Translations under genes and position numbers: made by a program | DNA from: Monocercomonoides exilis PA203 | Taxonomy: Eukaryota; Protista; Preaxostyla | NCBI GenBank assembly: GCA_001643675.2 | Contig: LSRY02000021.1 | Span: 434,001 to 498,000 of the forward strand | Length of the DNA: 64,000 nt | Direction of reading: 5' to 3' | The notes under the pieces: generated by a model | Told to the model about the DNA's origin: nothing | The model's database searches: none | What the model saw: the letters and a program-made list of their open reading frames with translations, nothing else | Part shown: positions 1-13,800 of the stretch, in pieces | Position numbering within the stretch: the first letter of the stretch is position 1 | Layout: every line of letters starts with the position of its first letter

Positions 1-3000
1 GTGTGCGAATCAAGACTTTCTGAGGCGATCGATCTGAAGCACAGAAGCAGGGCTAGAGATAACAGTTACGCTCAAGAAAGGTATTCTGATGACAGAAACA
101 GTATGCAGACTCGTATTCCTTTTTCCACAAACACAGAGGGAGGGCAAATCGAACAATATGACAATCTCAGTCGAATCTCTTCTTTTGGAGATTCTTCTTC
201 AATCGCCTTGCTTTCTCCGTTAACTCCGTCTATTGCTTACTCTCGTACCTCTTCATTTGCTGCTCTTTCTTCTATTTCTCAGCCTCTGGGACGCCTACAT
301 TCACTCAGCGATCCATCATCTTCTGCTGGCTCTTTTGGTGCATCAAAAAGCGTGCCATCAACAGTGTTGCCTCCTGCACAGCACTCTGTTTCAGAAGCAA
401 ACAGTACGAGATCAAACTCTTTGTCTAATGATTCCTCATCTCCTTCATCATCATCATCTTCTTCTTCTTCGCTTTATCCGCTTCTGTCTTCTTCAAAACT
501 CACGCTGAATCTTCTGAAATGTCTGCAGCGAGCTGGATACTCATCTCTGTTGGAGACATCGCTTGCTTCTCTGTCTGAATGCGATGTTCAACTTTCTAAT
601 TTTTCAGAAGACACTCGCGAGATCATCTTCTCTTCTGCATGGCAGTCGATGACGCGCTGGGATGAAAGTGAAAAGCGGTTTTCATATGGTTATGATAAAG
701 CTGTTGGTGAGAATTCAAGCAAAAGGAGAAGAAACTTATCAAATCAAACGAGGAAGCAGTGTATCAGTTCGCCTTCTTCTCTCACTTCAATATTTTCTGT
801 GCCAAAAGCTTATTCTCAATTAGGAGTTACTTCATCCATGTGGAATGATGAGGCTTATCAGGAGCAATTCCCTTCATTCCACGGGTCTTTGTATCAGTTC
901 TTCTGCTCGCTAGGCCAAAGAGAAGTGAATGACGAGACAGAACACATTCTCAGAGCAATTCGAAGCATACTGAAGCAACAGACAGTTTCAGAAGAATCAA
1001 ATTGCGATGCACTGAATGAACTGACAAGCTCTGCAATTACTGTAAATGAAATTGATTCATTACATTCAACATTGAAAGAGCATATCATCAGCAAGTTCAG
1101 CAAATCGACTACTGTAGCAAAGGAGCATCCGTATCGTTCTCTATTATTCCCCTTGGCTCCAACGACAAAAACAGGATCAATTCCCAAAGACTTAAAAATC
1201 GCTCCTTCATCTACTGGTTTGTTTGATGAGAATAGAGGAATGACATTGTCAAGCCATTGCGCAAGCCCACAGAGAAGATGGCTGCAGCACGTTTCAACAC
1301 ATTCAATATCTGATATCGGACTTCGTTTTGGTTCCTATGAGCATGCAGAAATGATCTTGCGGGCAAGAAAAGTCGGAATGGAAGCAATGTCGTGGAAGGA
1401 TGCAATTCCTGCCCAACTCACAACACTTGCTCGCTTGGCACGAAAAGAAGGACTTCTTACAACTGCCACAAAAACAAACAGAGAAATATTGAGATTACTG
1501 GATGATACCACTGAACAACTCAGCAATACTAAGCAGCAGGAGGGCAATGCGTTGTCACCTCGAATGCTTTCAAGACATTCCAATAGCGTTTTGTCTCTGC
1601 CTCAAATATCACTCTTGCGACAGCAGGCGCAATCAGAACTAATGCTTGTTGCACGTCGTCGAGGGCTTTTGTCTTCTTCTTCTTTGGAAATGCCTCCTCC
1701 TCCAGCACCCGATCTCACTGGAATCGAAAACAGTTCTGAGAGTGCAGCGCTTCTTGGACTGTGGGTACGAACTGTAGTGCGAATGGGGAAATGGGTGACT
1801 GCACTTCACGGCAAGCCTTCTCAGCGTGTTATTGCAGAGTATTTGGAGCCGGCTGCCACAAAGGCTGTTCCGCATACGGAGGATTCTTGCAGAGCTTGGC
1901 ACAGATTGGGCAGGTTTACTGAGTCTCTGTACCAGATTCGAGTTGAACGGCTGTTCAGTTCAGAAATGAAAGATCAGGAAAGAGTGATGCAGAAGTATTT
2001 GGCTTCAATTGACCAGATCAAACAGCTTGGAGAAGACTCGTCAACTGCTCATGGTGGAATGTACGATGGAGTCGGAAGTGGAGGGATGGGTGCAAAAAAG
2101 GGAGCGCAGACAAGAGCACAGCAAGAACAGATGGAAAGGAGAAAACAGATATTGAGGAGGAAAGAAGAGGATGTCTTGAAGCTTGTTCACGAATTTGAGC
2201 AAGAGAAGAAGGACTTGGAGGCTGAGATAGAAAACTTGATGATTATGACACTGATATCTCTCACTCAAACGCTTGTGAACGGAGAAAAATATGATGTGGA
2301 GGCAGGTTTCCGCTTGTTTTCGATGTGGACAAAGAACTGGGGAAATAGCAAGGCCAATCGAATGATTGAGCAAGCACTGCTTATTGATATTCCTTCACAC
2401 AAATTTATCATTCTTGCGCATCAATTGTGTGCTCGTCTTGGAATAGACTCAGAAAAGCTGAAGTCTTCAACAGCAACTTTAAATTCGACACCACTGACAC
2501 TTGCTGCAAAAAATCTAACTGTGAATGATGTTCTGGCAAATTCGCTTCGAGGTCCTTTGACAACTGCTGTTACACCGACTCCACCGCCAACTGTGTCTTC
2601 TCTGCTGTTTGGAGAGGAAGGAAAAGAATATTCGTCACAGGAGCTTTTGAATCGTGTTGTGATGCGAGTGGCTGTCGATCATCCTCATCACATTTTGCTG
2701 AATGTCATTGCTGTTGCAAACGGATCGCAAAAGGGCCCTCGTGTTGATGCAGCAACTGCCATTCTCAGACAGCTGGAGCAGCAAAGTTCGGATACAGTTT
2801 ATTTGGCACAAACTCAGGCTGTTCCTTCTCAAAATGGTAATTTTGCTCATTTTGTGAGACAATCAGTCAAAAATTCAGCTCCATCTCTTCCTTCAACTTC
2901 GTCCATTCATCCGATCCGATCAATGGTTCGAGATTACGAAGAGATGACAAATACATACATCCGATTAGCAGAGCTGCAGATTGAGAAAAAGGATGTACAG

Positions 3001-4442
3001 TCCGGAAAACGCTTTGTTTTGCCTGCTGAATTTGAAGAATTGGCTCAAAAGGGAACACTTCCAGTGATTACAAGAGCTCCTCCAGTAGAGTTGTGCTTGT
3101 CAAATAGAAGGAAGATGGAAAATGCCGAAGGAAAAGGAGGAGTTAGAAGCAGCGACAATGGAATTGTAAAGATATCTTCATTTAATGGTGAATTCAGCAT
3201 TCCAGGTGGAGCAAATCTTCCAAAGAAAATTGTGTGTGTTGGAAATGATGGTATTAACTACACTCAGCTTGTGAAAGGACGTGACGATTTGCGTCAAGAT
3301 GCAGTGATGCAGCAGTTGTTTGGAGTTGTGAACACAATGCTCAGTCGCGAAAAGGAAGCTGTGAGAAGAGCTCTGTCAATGAGAGTTTATCGTGTTGTTC
3401 CTCTTGGACCGCGGCAGGGTGTGATTGAGTGGGTAGGAAGGACTGTATCGTTTCAGGATTATCTCGTTGTTGGACCGCGCTCTGCACACGAGCGCCTCCA
3501 CCCACGCGAAAAGAAACATATGACGATCCGTGCACAGTTGGTGGATATGATGAAGCATGGAAGAGAAGATCGTATCGCAGCGTTTCGAGAGATGTGTGTT
3601 GATTTCACGCCTGTGTTCAGCCACTTCTTCCTGGAGCACTTTATAGCGCCACAAGAATGGTTTACTGCACGGCTCCGATTTATCCGCTCTGTGGCAGTCT
3701 CTTCTGTTGTAGGGTGGATTGCTGGGCTTGGTGACCGTCATGCACAAAACATTTTGATTGACCGGGGAAATGGAGATGTTGTGCATATTGATCTTGGCAT
3801 TGCGTTTGAGCAGGGGCAGCAGTTGTCTGTTCCAGAGAGAGTACCATTTAGATTGACGCGCGAGGTGATTGACGGGATGGGAGTGCTGGGTGTTGAGGGT
3901 GCGTTTAGGCGGTGCTGCGAAGTGTGCCTTTCTGTTTGTAGAAGTGGAAGGGCAGCTTTGATGGGAGTGGTGGAAGTGCTTGTTGCAGATCCCTTGTATA
4001 AATGGGAAGAGATTGACAGAGCTTTGCAAAAGAAAGAGGCAGATAACAATGAAAGGATGGCACAGGACGGAGGAATGATGATTGGCGCGAACAAAAAGAT
4101 GTCAGGGAAAAAGAAAACATTTGAAAATTCACATGCTCCTGGAGAGAGCTCGTGTGGCGCAGGAGTCGGTGGTATTGGAGTCGGCGGCGGAGGAGGGAAT
4201 AAAGATGCGGAAAGAGTATTGCTGAGGTTGAGGGACAAACTGAATGGAATCAGCGGAAAAGAAGCAATTGATGTTGGAGGTCAAATTAGAGAGCTGATTA
4301 AAGAAGCCACAAGTGTTGAGAATCTTAGCTTAATGTATCCAGGGTATGCAATTTATATTAATTTATTTGTTAAAGTGAATCATTCTATTTTCTTTCCCCT
4401 TCCTTTTTTCCCTAATTATTTAGGTGGTCTCCCTGGCTTTGA
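1..4442 (+). CDS. ATM: ATM/Tel1-type PIKK kinase, 5'-truncated by the window (FAT, kinase, FATC); intron 4344-4423
   Basis: Motifs QLVKGRDDLRQDAVMQQLF, GLGDRHAQNILID and VHIDLGIAFEQG..VPERVPFRLTR are of the ATM/Tel1 type. Removing the GTATGC..TAG intron at 4344-4423 restores a canonical FATC end (LSLMYPGWSPWL, stop TGA 4440-4442). Confidence 0.92.
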
Positions 4443-5019
4443 ATGAGGGCGAGCAATATTTTACAACAAGCTTTTTACAATTATAAAATTATAATCGAAA
4501 ATTGTTTCAATACAAGCATATAAACTCTTTTTTATTGCTTAATTTTATTTTATTTCTGTTATTTTTAACTTTGTGATATTTGAATGATAATCATTTTATT
4601 TTAATGTGCATAAGGTTAGAATAATTTTTTTTTCCAATTTATAAAATAGATTTTACTTTTACTAATTTTATAAAGATCTGAACATTCAATAAATAATAAT
4701 CTTCAGAGGCGATTTTCTGCAAATCTTCTTTTTGCTTTGCAAGTGCATGCACATGAGAAATACTCAACATTCTGTTTCAATGCTTTGGAGCTTTGAGCAT
4801 GGAGCAATAATGAAATGGAGGAAGAAAACTCATTACCATCATTTCCCTTGTTTCGGAAACACCTCGTCATTTGGTTCACAATTCCAACAAAGTGAAAGTG
4901 CAATGCAGACATCATGTGAAACTTGATTCTCTGTTGGTTTACATCAACTTCTTTTTGCGAAAAAAATGGGATTCAAGCAATTTTTGTTTTATAAATTCCA
5001 CAAGCTCATGCGTTTGCCT

Positions 5020-5988
5020 TCAATCTTCATCTTCAAACGAAATAACTATTCCCTTTCCTTCAAGTGTTGCAATTTGATGATTTGTTAATGAAAACTTGCA
5101 TTCATCTTCTATGTCATGCCTCTCTTTTTCATCTGACATTTCTTCAAATTTTGCAGCAAGCCTATCGATGCAGCACTTCCTCCCAATAAGTGGATGAGGA
5201 AGATTAGGTATTCCAACAACAGGACATAGAAATGCCACACAGGAAGGCGTTCCGTGTTCATTCAAGAAAAAATATGGATACTGCAAATGAGAAGCCTTCA
5301 CGTATTGCGGGATGAATGAAGTTTCACACAATTCTGATGAAACATCAGAAGTGTGAATAATGACTTCATCTTCATTTTCATCTTCATTCAGCGCATTTTC
5401 TGATGAAGATGAATTTGTTGAATTAGAATGAGGCTTAATCGGTGCTGTTTCGGTTGATGATGACACTTGTGAAATTGTTGAAGTGCATTGTTTTTTATTT
5501 CTTATTTGCATGTACATTCGATTCAAGCAAGTTTTTTCTGATTCTTCCTTTGTCTTCTTTGGAAGTTCACCAATAACCACCAGAATTCCATTTTGCAAAA
5601 TCTTTCCGGTGCATAAAGGAAAATTTATATCGTAATCTTTCAATAAATATTTCGGTTCATCAATAATAAGAGGATCAACACTTTTTTCGCCAACAAGACT
5701 TTCAAGATCTGACAATGAAACTTTATTTGCACATTTGAAATAAATGAAAATCAAAAACAAAGAATTAAACGACAAACTTGCGCAACAGTCTGCCCCAGTG
5801 TCAATTAGAGCCTTCGAAGAATTGACAAATGCACCTATTTTTTCGCTTCTTTCACATGATAAAGGAAGATAAAAATAAGCATTAGTCATTGGCTTATAGA
5901 CGAAATCCTCATATACATAAGGAAATGAAATTGACTTTTCCCCAACAACAATAGATTTATTATTCTCAAATTTTGCTCTATCAGTCAA
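5020..5988 (-). CDS. Retropepsin-like (clan AA) aspartyl protease domain protein; 5' end uncertain (possible ATG at 6092); in-frame intron 5721-5777
   Basis: ALIDTGADCC motif (DTGA at 5791-5802). Splicing a 57-nt GTTTGT..AAG T-rich intron gives DTGADCCAISL. The C-terminal PLIGRK resembles the hydrophobic-hydrophobic-G-R motif of retropepsins. Confidence 0.65.
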   Translation of the reverse strand: MTDRAKFENNKSIVVGEKSISFPYVYEDFVYKPMTNAYFYLPLSCERSEKIGAFVNSSKALIDTGADCCASLSFNSLFLIFIYFKCANKVSLSDLESLVGEKSVDPLIIDEPKYLLKDYDINFPLCTGKILQNGILVVIGELPKKTKEESEKTCLNRMYMQIRNKKQCTSTISQVSSSTETAPIKPHSNSTNSSSSENALNEDENEDEVIIHTSDVSSELCETSFIPQYVKASHLQYPYFFLNEHGTPSCVAFLCPVVGIPNLPHPLIGRKCCIDRLAAKFEEMSDEKERHDIEDECKFSLTNHQIATLEGKGIVISFEDED

Positions 5989-6163
5989 AAAACATCAATA
6001 AATATATCATTGTGATTGAAATGATTAATATCCAAATATTTACAATTATAAATGCCATCACACAGTTTTGACTTATGAGAAAAAGACAACATAAAAAAAA
6101 AGTTTTTGAAAAAATGTTTTATCATTCCCTTACTTTATCCATTGAAAAAATATTAAATTTTTT

Positions 6164-9100
6164 ATGGACGTAGTTCCGCACGTTGCTCCTCGATATAATG
6201 CTGGTGGTGAAGAAATTCAATTTACACCTGCAATATTTGGGAGTGCACTCCGCGAATTAGAAGAAATTGGTTCGCTTTTTTTTAAGTAAATATTTGCAAT
6301 ATTTTTGATTCATTAGAAAAAACATCCATTCCTAAGGAGTGGGAACACACCCCTTCATATGTTTCAATTCGTAGAGAGGATTCTTTTATGAAAATGCCGA
6401 CAAGGACGCAATTTAATTCATATTACTTCCCTAAACCAGAAACAAAGAGCACAGAAACGATAAAAGCTGCTGGCATGATAGCTGTTCCAGATAGAACAGT
6501 ATCTCGATTTTTTACAGCCCCCAAAACTACCATTAAGCAGGAACATGCTCCATCAGAACGACGATTTGCAAAAAGGGGATCATTTTTGGAGAAAAATGCT
6601 CGAAGAGTTGCATATGAGAAAAAACTTGTTTGAAATTTTTGATTTTGCTTGTAATTCTTTGGTTTTATTTATGCTTTTTCCCCGGTGATTCAGCAAGAGT
6701 TGGATGAATATCGATTGAGAGGTATCGATGAGAGGTCAAAAATGTCAGATAACTGTAATACAAGCAAATCAATGATGGAAAAAGAAAGGAACGAAACTTC
6801 TAAATGTGAAAGTGAAGAAAAGAGCAAGCTTGAAAGCTCAATTCCGAGAACAAGTAATATTAAAAGTAGAAGGGAACTTTTGGAAAATCGAAAAAAATCT
6901 CAGTTAGAATCGCTTCGAAGATTGGAAGGCTTAATGGAAAATGTCCAAAAGATGAAAGAGCAACGAGAATTAAAGCAAGCACTTGAAGAAGAAGAGGCTA
7001 TGAACACGTGTGGAAGTGATACAAGAACAGCCATGCTTGCACGACGGAAAGAGAGGCATCATCAGGCTTTGCTTCGATTTGAAGAGAGTCTGCACAACGA
7101 CAGTCTTAACGAGCCTTATGAATGGGCCGTTCAGAAGGGAGCTAAACAAAAAATGGGAGAAGTTTCAAACGAATCTCAATACACGAACGAAAATGGAGCA
7201 AATTACGAAGAAATGGATGGAAGAAATGAGCAAGGAATGGAAGCTAAAGAAACTTATTCTTCAAATATCTTGAATAAAGATGGCGAAGGACAGTCAATGA
7301 CGAATGATGAAACAACCCTTCTCACACCAAAATGCGAAGAGACTCATGATTATTTGTTCAATCGAAACTCTGAAAACGAGCATTCCTTTGCAACTTCTCA
7401 ATCTCCAGCTTTTGCTTCTTCTTCATCTGCTCAAAGACAATTGGGCTATATTTCTCAAACACCTTACTCATTTCAAGACGAAAAGGAGATGTATAGCACT
7501 TCATCCTCAACAGTTGGAAAGGGTGTTGCAAGAAACCCTCAAACAAATTCTCGATCTCGCATTCGCCCATCCACAACACCTGCTCTTTCACGTTCTTCTT
7601 CTTCAACTGTGTCTTCCACATCACTCACATCATCTCACGCACAGCCATCTTTTGGCGCCAGCACCACTCGCTCTTTTTACCCTTCGCACTCGCTCCATCA
7701 GCAGTCAGTGCCTCACGTTGTGCGCAGCGTGGCTTCTGGCGGCGCCTTCAAAAATCGATCGTCTTTTGGGCTTTCTCAGGCGGAATGGGACAGAAATGCA
7801 GCCGAAACAACAGAGCTGAAGGCGACGCTGACTGGAGAGTCAGGCAATTCAGGGACTCTGTTCACGCAGAGTGGAACAACGCGCTCGTTTGGCTCTTCGT
7901 CTTCAGCGGGGTCAAGTTTTGGGAAGATGAGATGGACGGAAGAGCGCACGTTCTTCAACAAGGAGAAAAGGCTGTTTGATGATCTTATCGACAGGCAGAA
8001 GGAGATGCCTTATTTGATTTCTGTGGACGATCCACAGATGTATTCCTCATTCACAAAGGACCACATCTTCAGGATGAAGGCGCTTCCATACTGGAAGAAC
8101 GGGAAACTTGTTCGTCCTGCCCAGAAAGTCAAAAAGGATCCACCACCAACAACGTCTGCTTACACGTTTGCGAAGTCATCTTTGATTCGAAAAGCGCAGT
8201 CTCGGAAGCACAGCGACAGCGAGGCGTACACCCGATACGGCCCTTCTCTGTCGCTGTGCTTTGGGAGGAAGACGCCAGTGCCTGGCGAAGACGAAGAGCA
8301 CGATCCGTCGTGGGGGATGCGCTCAGCATGGGCGAAGCAGAGGGGAGGAGTGAAGGTGGAGCCTGACTTTTTTGAGCTTGCTGAGGCTGAAGGAGCAGAT
8401 TACAACAAGAGAGAAGCAGCACGCTCGCGCTATGAGGAAGCGGATGATCCAGAGAGAGGGATCATCCGAATTGAGAGGGGTGACAGAAGGCGCACAGCCC
8501 AGCCGAAAGAAGAGAGGAGACTTGACAGCGAGAAGGCTGATGCCAATGATGGGACTTCTGCCAATGAAGACGCAGCAAAGCAACAAGCTGGGCAGCAAAG
8601 GTCGTACTCACAGTTTGCTCCTCCTTCGAGTTCATCAAACAATCGTTCAGTTTCGAATGATATGAATCGTCAGTCGTCTTCCCGATTTGCATCGCCTCTG
8701 TCTCCGTCGATTTCTTTTCCTTCGTCGCGTGCCCGTTCAGCCACCTCAAGCTTTTCAAACAACAGCACGACGCCTTCTGCAGCAGATTCCAACGATTTGA
8801 ACCCACTTCCTTCTTCTCCGTTTGCTTCTGCAAACAAAATGCAGTCACTTCCTTCCACTTCTCCTACGTCTTCTCTGAATTCATTCTCTTCATTAAGGTC
8901 TTCTTCAGCAGCTTCGCAGTGCCCAGCCCAAGTTCAGCCACAAATGCCCTCTCAAAAAATCAAGTCGATTCAACATATTTCTTCTCCGACAGGGGAGCTA
9001 TTTAGCGATGGGTCATCATCATCATCATCATCATCATCATCACTTCTTGGCAGCGGAAGAGAAACTGTGGCCACGCACAACCCTTTCACTCCCGACTATC

Positions 9101-9405
9101 CGCTTCCCAGACGCGGAAGGCCGGAATCTGGAGGCCGTGCAATGCGCATAGATAGAGAAACAGGATCAGCGTTGATAGAAGAAGAAGAAAGGGGATTTCC
9201 GACTAGGCGTGAGCAGACACAAGAACGCTGCTCGACATTCAAAGACGAACCAAAAAGGGCATACGTTTCAAATATTATTAGTGGAAGAGATGAAGAGAAA
9301 TTCAGATGCTACGGAAGTGATGAAGATCAAAAAGTTGGAAAAATGTTTGCCCCGGAAGCATGTTCAAGGATGGTCGAAGAAAAAAGCCGACATTGCACAT
9401 TTTAA
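6164..9405 (+). CDS. Hypothetical low-complexity/coiled-coil protein; join(6164..6269,6317..6627,6694..9405)
   Basis: Two GT-AG introns (6270-6316, 6628-6693) join the ATG at 6164 in frame to ORFs 6388 and 6685. No recognisable domain. Confidence 0.75.
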
Positions 9406-9847
9406 TTTGAAATTTGTGAATGTTCATTTGTAGGTGAGATTGAAAAAATGTGTATTGATTAGGAAATTTAAAAGTTTTTGTTGAGTATTTTTGAATAAGA
9501 AGCATTATTTTTTTATTATTATTATTATTCTTGAGAAAGTGTTTTTGATTGGCTCCACATTTACACAGTTGATTTGTTGCATTGAATTATATAAAAATGC
9601 TAAAAGTGAATTTTTATGCAATCAATCATAATATTTTATTCAGTTATTTTTTAATTTTTTTGATATTTAAAGAGGTATCAGGAAAAGATGATTAAATGGG
9701 TAATGGAAAAATAATAACTCATTTTCAAATTTCAACATATTAAGAATTTAAATGATTCAAATATGGAAAACTTGATAGTTTTTTAACAAAATACAACACT
9801 CTTTACTCTTAAAAATTTATTTTCGCTTATATATCAACTTATTGTTC

Positions 9848-9926
9848 TTTCCTTTCCTTTCCTTTCCTTTCCTTTCCTTTCCTTTCCTTTCCTTTCCTTT
9901 CATTTCATTTCATTTCATTTCATTTC
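9848..9926. repeat. Compound pentanucleotide microsatellite (TTTCC)n followed by (TTTCA)n
   Basis: Directly visible tandem units. Confidence 0.95.
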
Positions 9927-10878
9927 TTTTTGAATGATCTTTGAATACAAGAATGGGTCATGAACTTTTTATTTCTCCAATAAAACTATAGTGAACATTG
10001 TTTCAACAAAGAAAAATACCACAAATGGTAGAAGAATAATTATACTATATTGTTTACGAGTTGCCAAAAGTTAAAAAATCTGAAAGATTTTTTCGAATGA
10101 TGATCAATTGTTTTGGATGTCAGTCATTTTTGGAAATAAGATTTGAGCAGTCTATCAACCATTTGCATCAATTCTGAGAATTCTATCAGGAGGATGAAGG
10201 AAACTCAATGTAAACTCTTTGAGGCAGGGCAATCTGAAGCGAAACTTTTTCAATAAATTGGTAATTGCTCGGATTCAAGCAACCTTCAACAACCAACACA
10301 GCATAGAACCTTCATAATAATGCATTTTCTCAAAATAATATTTCCTTCTGTTTTTTTGATGGGCAGAGGGAGTACAGTTACGAATGAATCATTTATGAAT
10401 TCAATATGCCAGAAACGCAAAATAGAGGGTCGGAAAGGACATTTGGTTTCATAGGGCACATATCCATTGGAACAGGGGCTTGGGATGAATAAAACAAGAG
10501 AGCAAGGATCGAGAGAGAATTTGTTGGAAGAGGATTTGCCATAAAAATGGAAAATATCAATTCTCAAAATCATTCCACAGTAAAAAGATGATTATTTGAC
10601 TGATGTGGGAATATTACTGACACTCTATGGAAATGATAATATTTCTTCAGAAACAAACAAATAATTATGTGGAATTAAAAGAATTAATTTTTATTTTAAA
10701 ATTTTTTTGAATTTTTGAGCTTAAAATTATATTTGAAATAATTGACGATTATTTTGTTGAACATGGGATTATTTGCGATTATTTGAGAAATGAAGCCAAA
10801 TTTTTATTTTTGATGAAGAAATGCAGAGGAATATGGGCTATATTGATCATTTGAGTTTTTCATTTGAGTTTTTGTTCG

Positions 10879-13800
10879 ATGAAGAGCGAGTTACACAGCA
10901 GAAGAATTATAAATCTTGCGTTTATTATTTTTGCATGTGTCAGTGCTATTTGCGAGACAGAAGAAGCATCAGCTAAGGAGATATGTGAATTGGATGCAAA
11001 TGTTATGTTCCGGTTGCCAAGGAGCAGGAATGATTTTTGTGCACCAGAAAATAATCAGTGCTGCAAGATTCTATCGATATTTGTTGCTGTGAACTGCTCA
11101 GTGACCACAACGAGTGTGCTGCAGATTCAGCAGGAAGGAAAAGCTTGTTTTTTGGTTTGTGAAGGGTCAAGACTGGATATCAAAGGATGCATGATTTTTA
11201 TTTCATCACAAATGAGCCCATTTGTGGTGGATGGAGGAAGCATCCATTCAGTGAATCTGACGGTTGGAACTTTGAAGCCATTTGCACCAATTCCGCGACT
11301 TTTTTGCTCATCTTTCAAAAATTCTGAGAGAGATGGAACAGACTCGATAACTCTTCGAGACTCCTCATTTTCATCATTTGAATTGGATTCTGCTCCATTT
11401 TTTGCACTGAATGCGAGCTGCTTTGTGAAAGTCTCTGGTCTGATGATGGGAAACATTTCTATTGCTTCCGATGCGCAAAGAGAAATGGATTTGAGAGCAA
11501 GAACAGAAACAACGATTGAGGGCTGCTCGTTTTTCAGTGTTTGGGACGTTATTGATGGGGGCATTGCAAGGTCAGTGAACAGCCCATGTACCTCACTGAA
11601 GGCAACAAACTCCTCTTTTGAGTGCTGCTTCCGAACGACGAATGTTAATGAAACAGGTAGACGCAATATGACAAGACAAGTACTGGGAGCGGATGAAACA
11701 AATGTTTTCACAGATTGTGAATGGTGCAACACAAGCGCTTCGTATGGATGTGCAATTTATTTATATGGAAGTTCAACTCTTGAATGCATCAGATGTTCAT
11801 TCATGAATATGAGTCATGGCGGTGATGGAGCTGTTGATGTTCAATCAGGAGCGGGTGTAATTATGTCTGGATGTAATTTCACAAATTGCATTTCTAATGC
11901 TAATACAGGTGGAATGATTATTTATAGGATAATTGGAGACTATTTTTTTTCTGAATGCTTCTTTTTTGAATGCAAATCTGTTTCACAGTTTGCAGGTGGA
12001 TTACGCATTTGTCATAACGTTGGAAATATGCATGCAACAATTGAAAAATGCAAATTAATTCGAAATGAAGCAGCATTCTTCGGTGGAGGATTATATATAG
12101 AGTTGCAAGAGAGCCCGTATTTTATCTCAGAATGTGAATTTGAAGGAAATTTAGCAAATGGAACAGGAACAGAATCATTTGAAGGAGGAGGTGGGGGAAT
12201 GTTTATGTATTCAACAAGTTGGATGCAAACTGATTCAACTCCAGAGAGAATATCATTTTGCTTTTTCAGTCGAAACAAGGCAAAAATAGAAGAAGGTAAT
12301 GATGTTAAAATAAAAAATGAATATCTGAAAGGTTCTCTATTTAAGTCATCATTCTCAACTACATCATCAAGAAGAGTGTTTTACAAAAACAGTCAAACAG
12401 ATTACGATGGATGGCTTCCAACAATCAGAACAGCATATGCCAGAGCAGACGGAATTACATGGACAGTCTGTGGGACAACACAAACCAATCCGTGCAACAC
12501 GATTGAGCAGGCATTTAACATGATTGAGAAAGGAGCAGAGGGAACAGTGAATATTCTTCGATCTTCGTACTCTTCAAAGGCTCTTTTCATTGAAGGGGGA
12601 GACATTTCATTCAAAGGCGAAAGTGAGAGCGACTGTATCATTTCTACAAAATTGCTGAATTCTCATGAGTGTTTGTTCACATTGGATTCGGGATCGATGG
12701 GATTGTCTTTGGTGGCAATTCGACACGACAGCGCAGAATCATCATCTTCATTGTTTACGATGAGAACAGCGGCACAGAAACTGACACTGAAGAATGTGAT
12801 CATCTCAAGGGAAGACGATGGGCAGGTACACTCATTTGATAGTTCGCCGTTCAAAGTGATATTTGAGAAATTGATGATGGAAAACTGTTTGATTGAGGAT
12901 ATTTGTCTGGGAGATTGTTCGTTGTTTGAGGAAGAGGAGGAAAGTGGAGTTGTGAGAGGGATGCTGGAAAATGTGACAATCCAAAGGATTAGCCGAATGA
13001 GAGGAGATGGAGCGATATTCAGTTCTCAAAGTGAGAGAAGCAATTTCTGTGAGCTGGAGAACACCATATTCAGAAACTGTGTATGCAAGGAAGGGAATGG
13101 AGGGAGTGTTGCATGGAGAGTCGATGATAGTGGGATATTCAAGATTGGCAGAGGAGAGGTGACAACGGTGATTGGGGAGTGTGTGGCAGAGAAGGGAAGT
13201 GGAGATGAGAAGGGAAGAGGAGGAGGGATGTATTTGGAGTTGTCATCTCCATCAATAGAGTTTGAGATTGTAAATGTGGGATTTGAAAATAATCATGCAG
13301 AACATGGAGTGAATGTGTTTATTGCTTCGAATCAGCTGGAATTGATTCCGAAAGGGAGATATGGATTTGTTTCTCTTTTGAGCGAGGATGTGCAAGATGT
13401 TGAGGGAGCAGGAGATACTAGCAATGAAACACTGGTAATTCCGATTGTGTGCTATCTTCTGGAAGTTCCAAGGAGTGAGATCTACGTTTCAGCTTCAGGA
13501 GCTGATCATCCTCGGTGTGGACACACATTTTTCGAGTGCCGAACACTGAGTTATCCAATTGAGAGAGAAGAGAACATACAAGCAGATGGAACAACAACAG
13601 CGACAATCAAAGTTGGGAATGGAGTTGAGGTCAGCTCAACAGTGGTCTTTTCGAAAATGGCAAGGATGATAGAAGGAACAGAGGACGATGGATCGCTTGT
13701 TGTTGAAGGTGATGCATCTTGCAATGGTGATGAGGAAGGATGCGTTGGAGTGTTTGTGGTGCTGAAGGAAACAAGGATGAGAAAGATAGGATTGGTGACG

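Noticed and set aside
4344-4446. ORF-track C-terminus of ATM (YAIYINLF...PGFE)
   Set aside because: It is read-through of an intron; splicing gives the canonical FATC ending at 4442.
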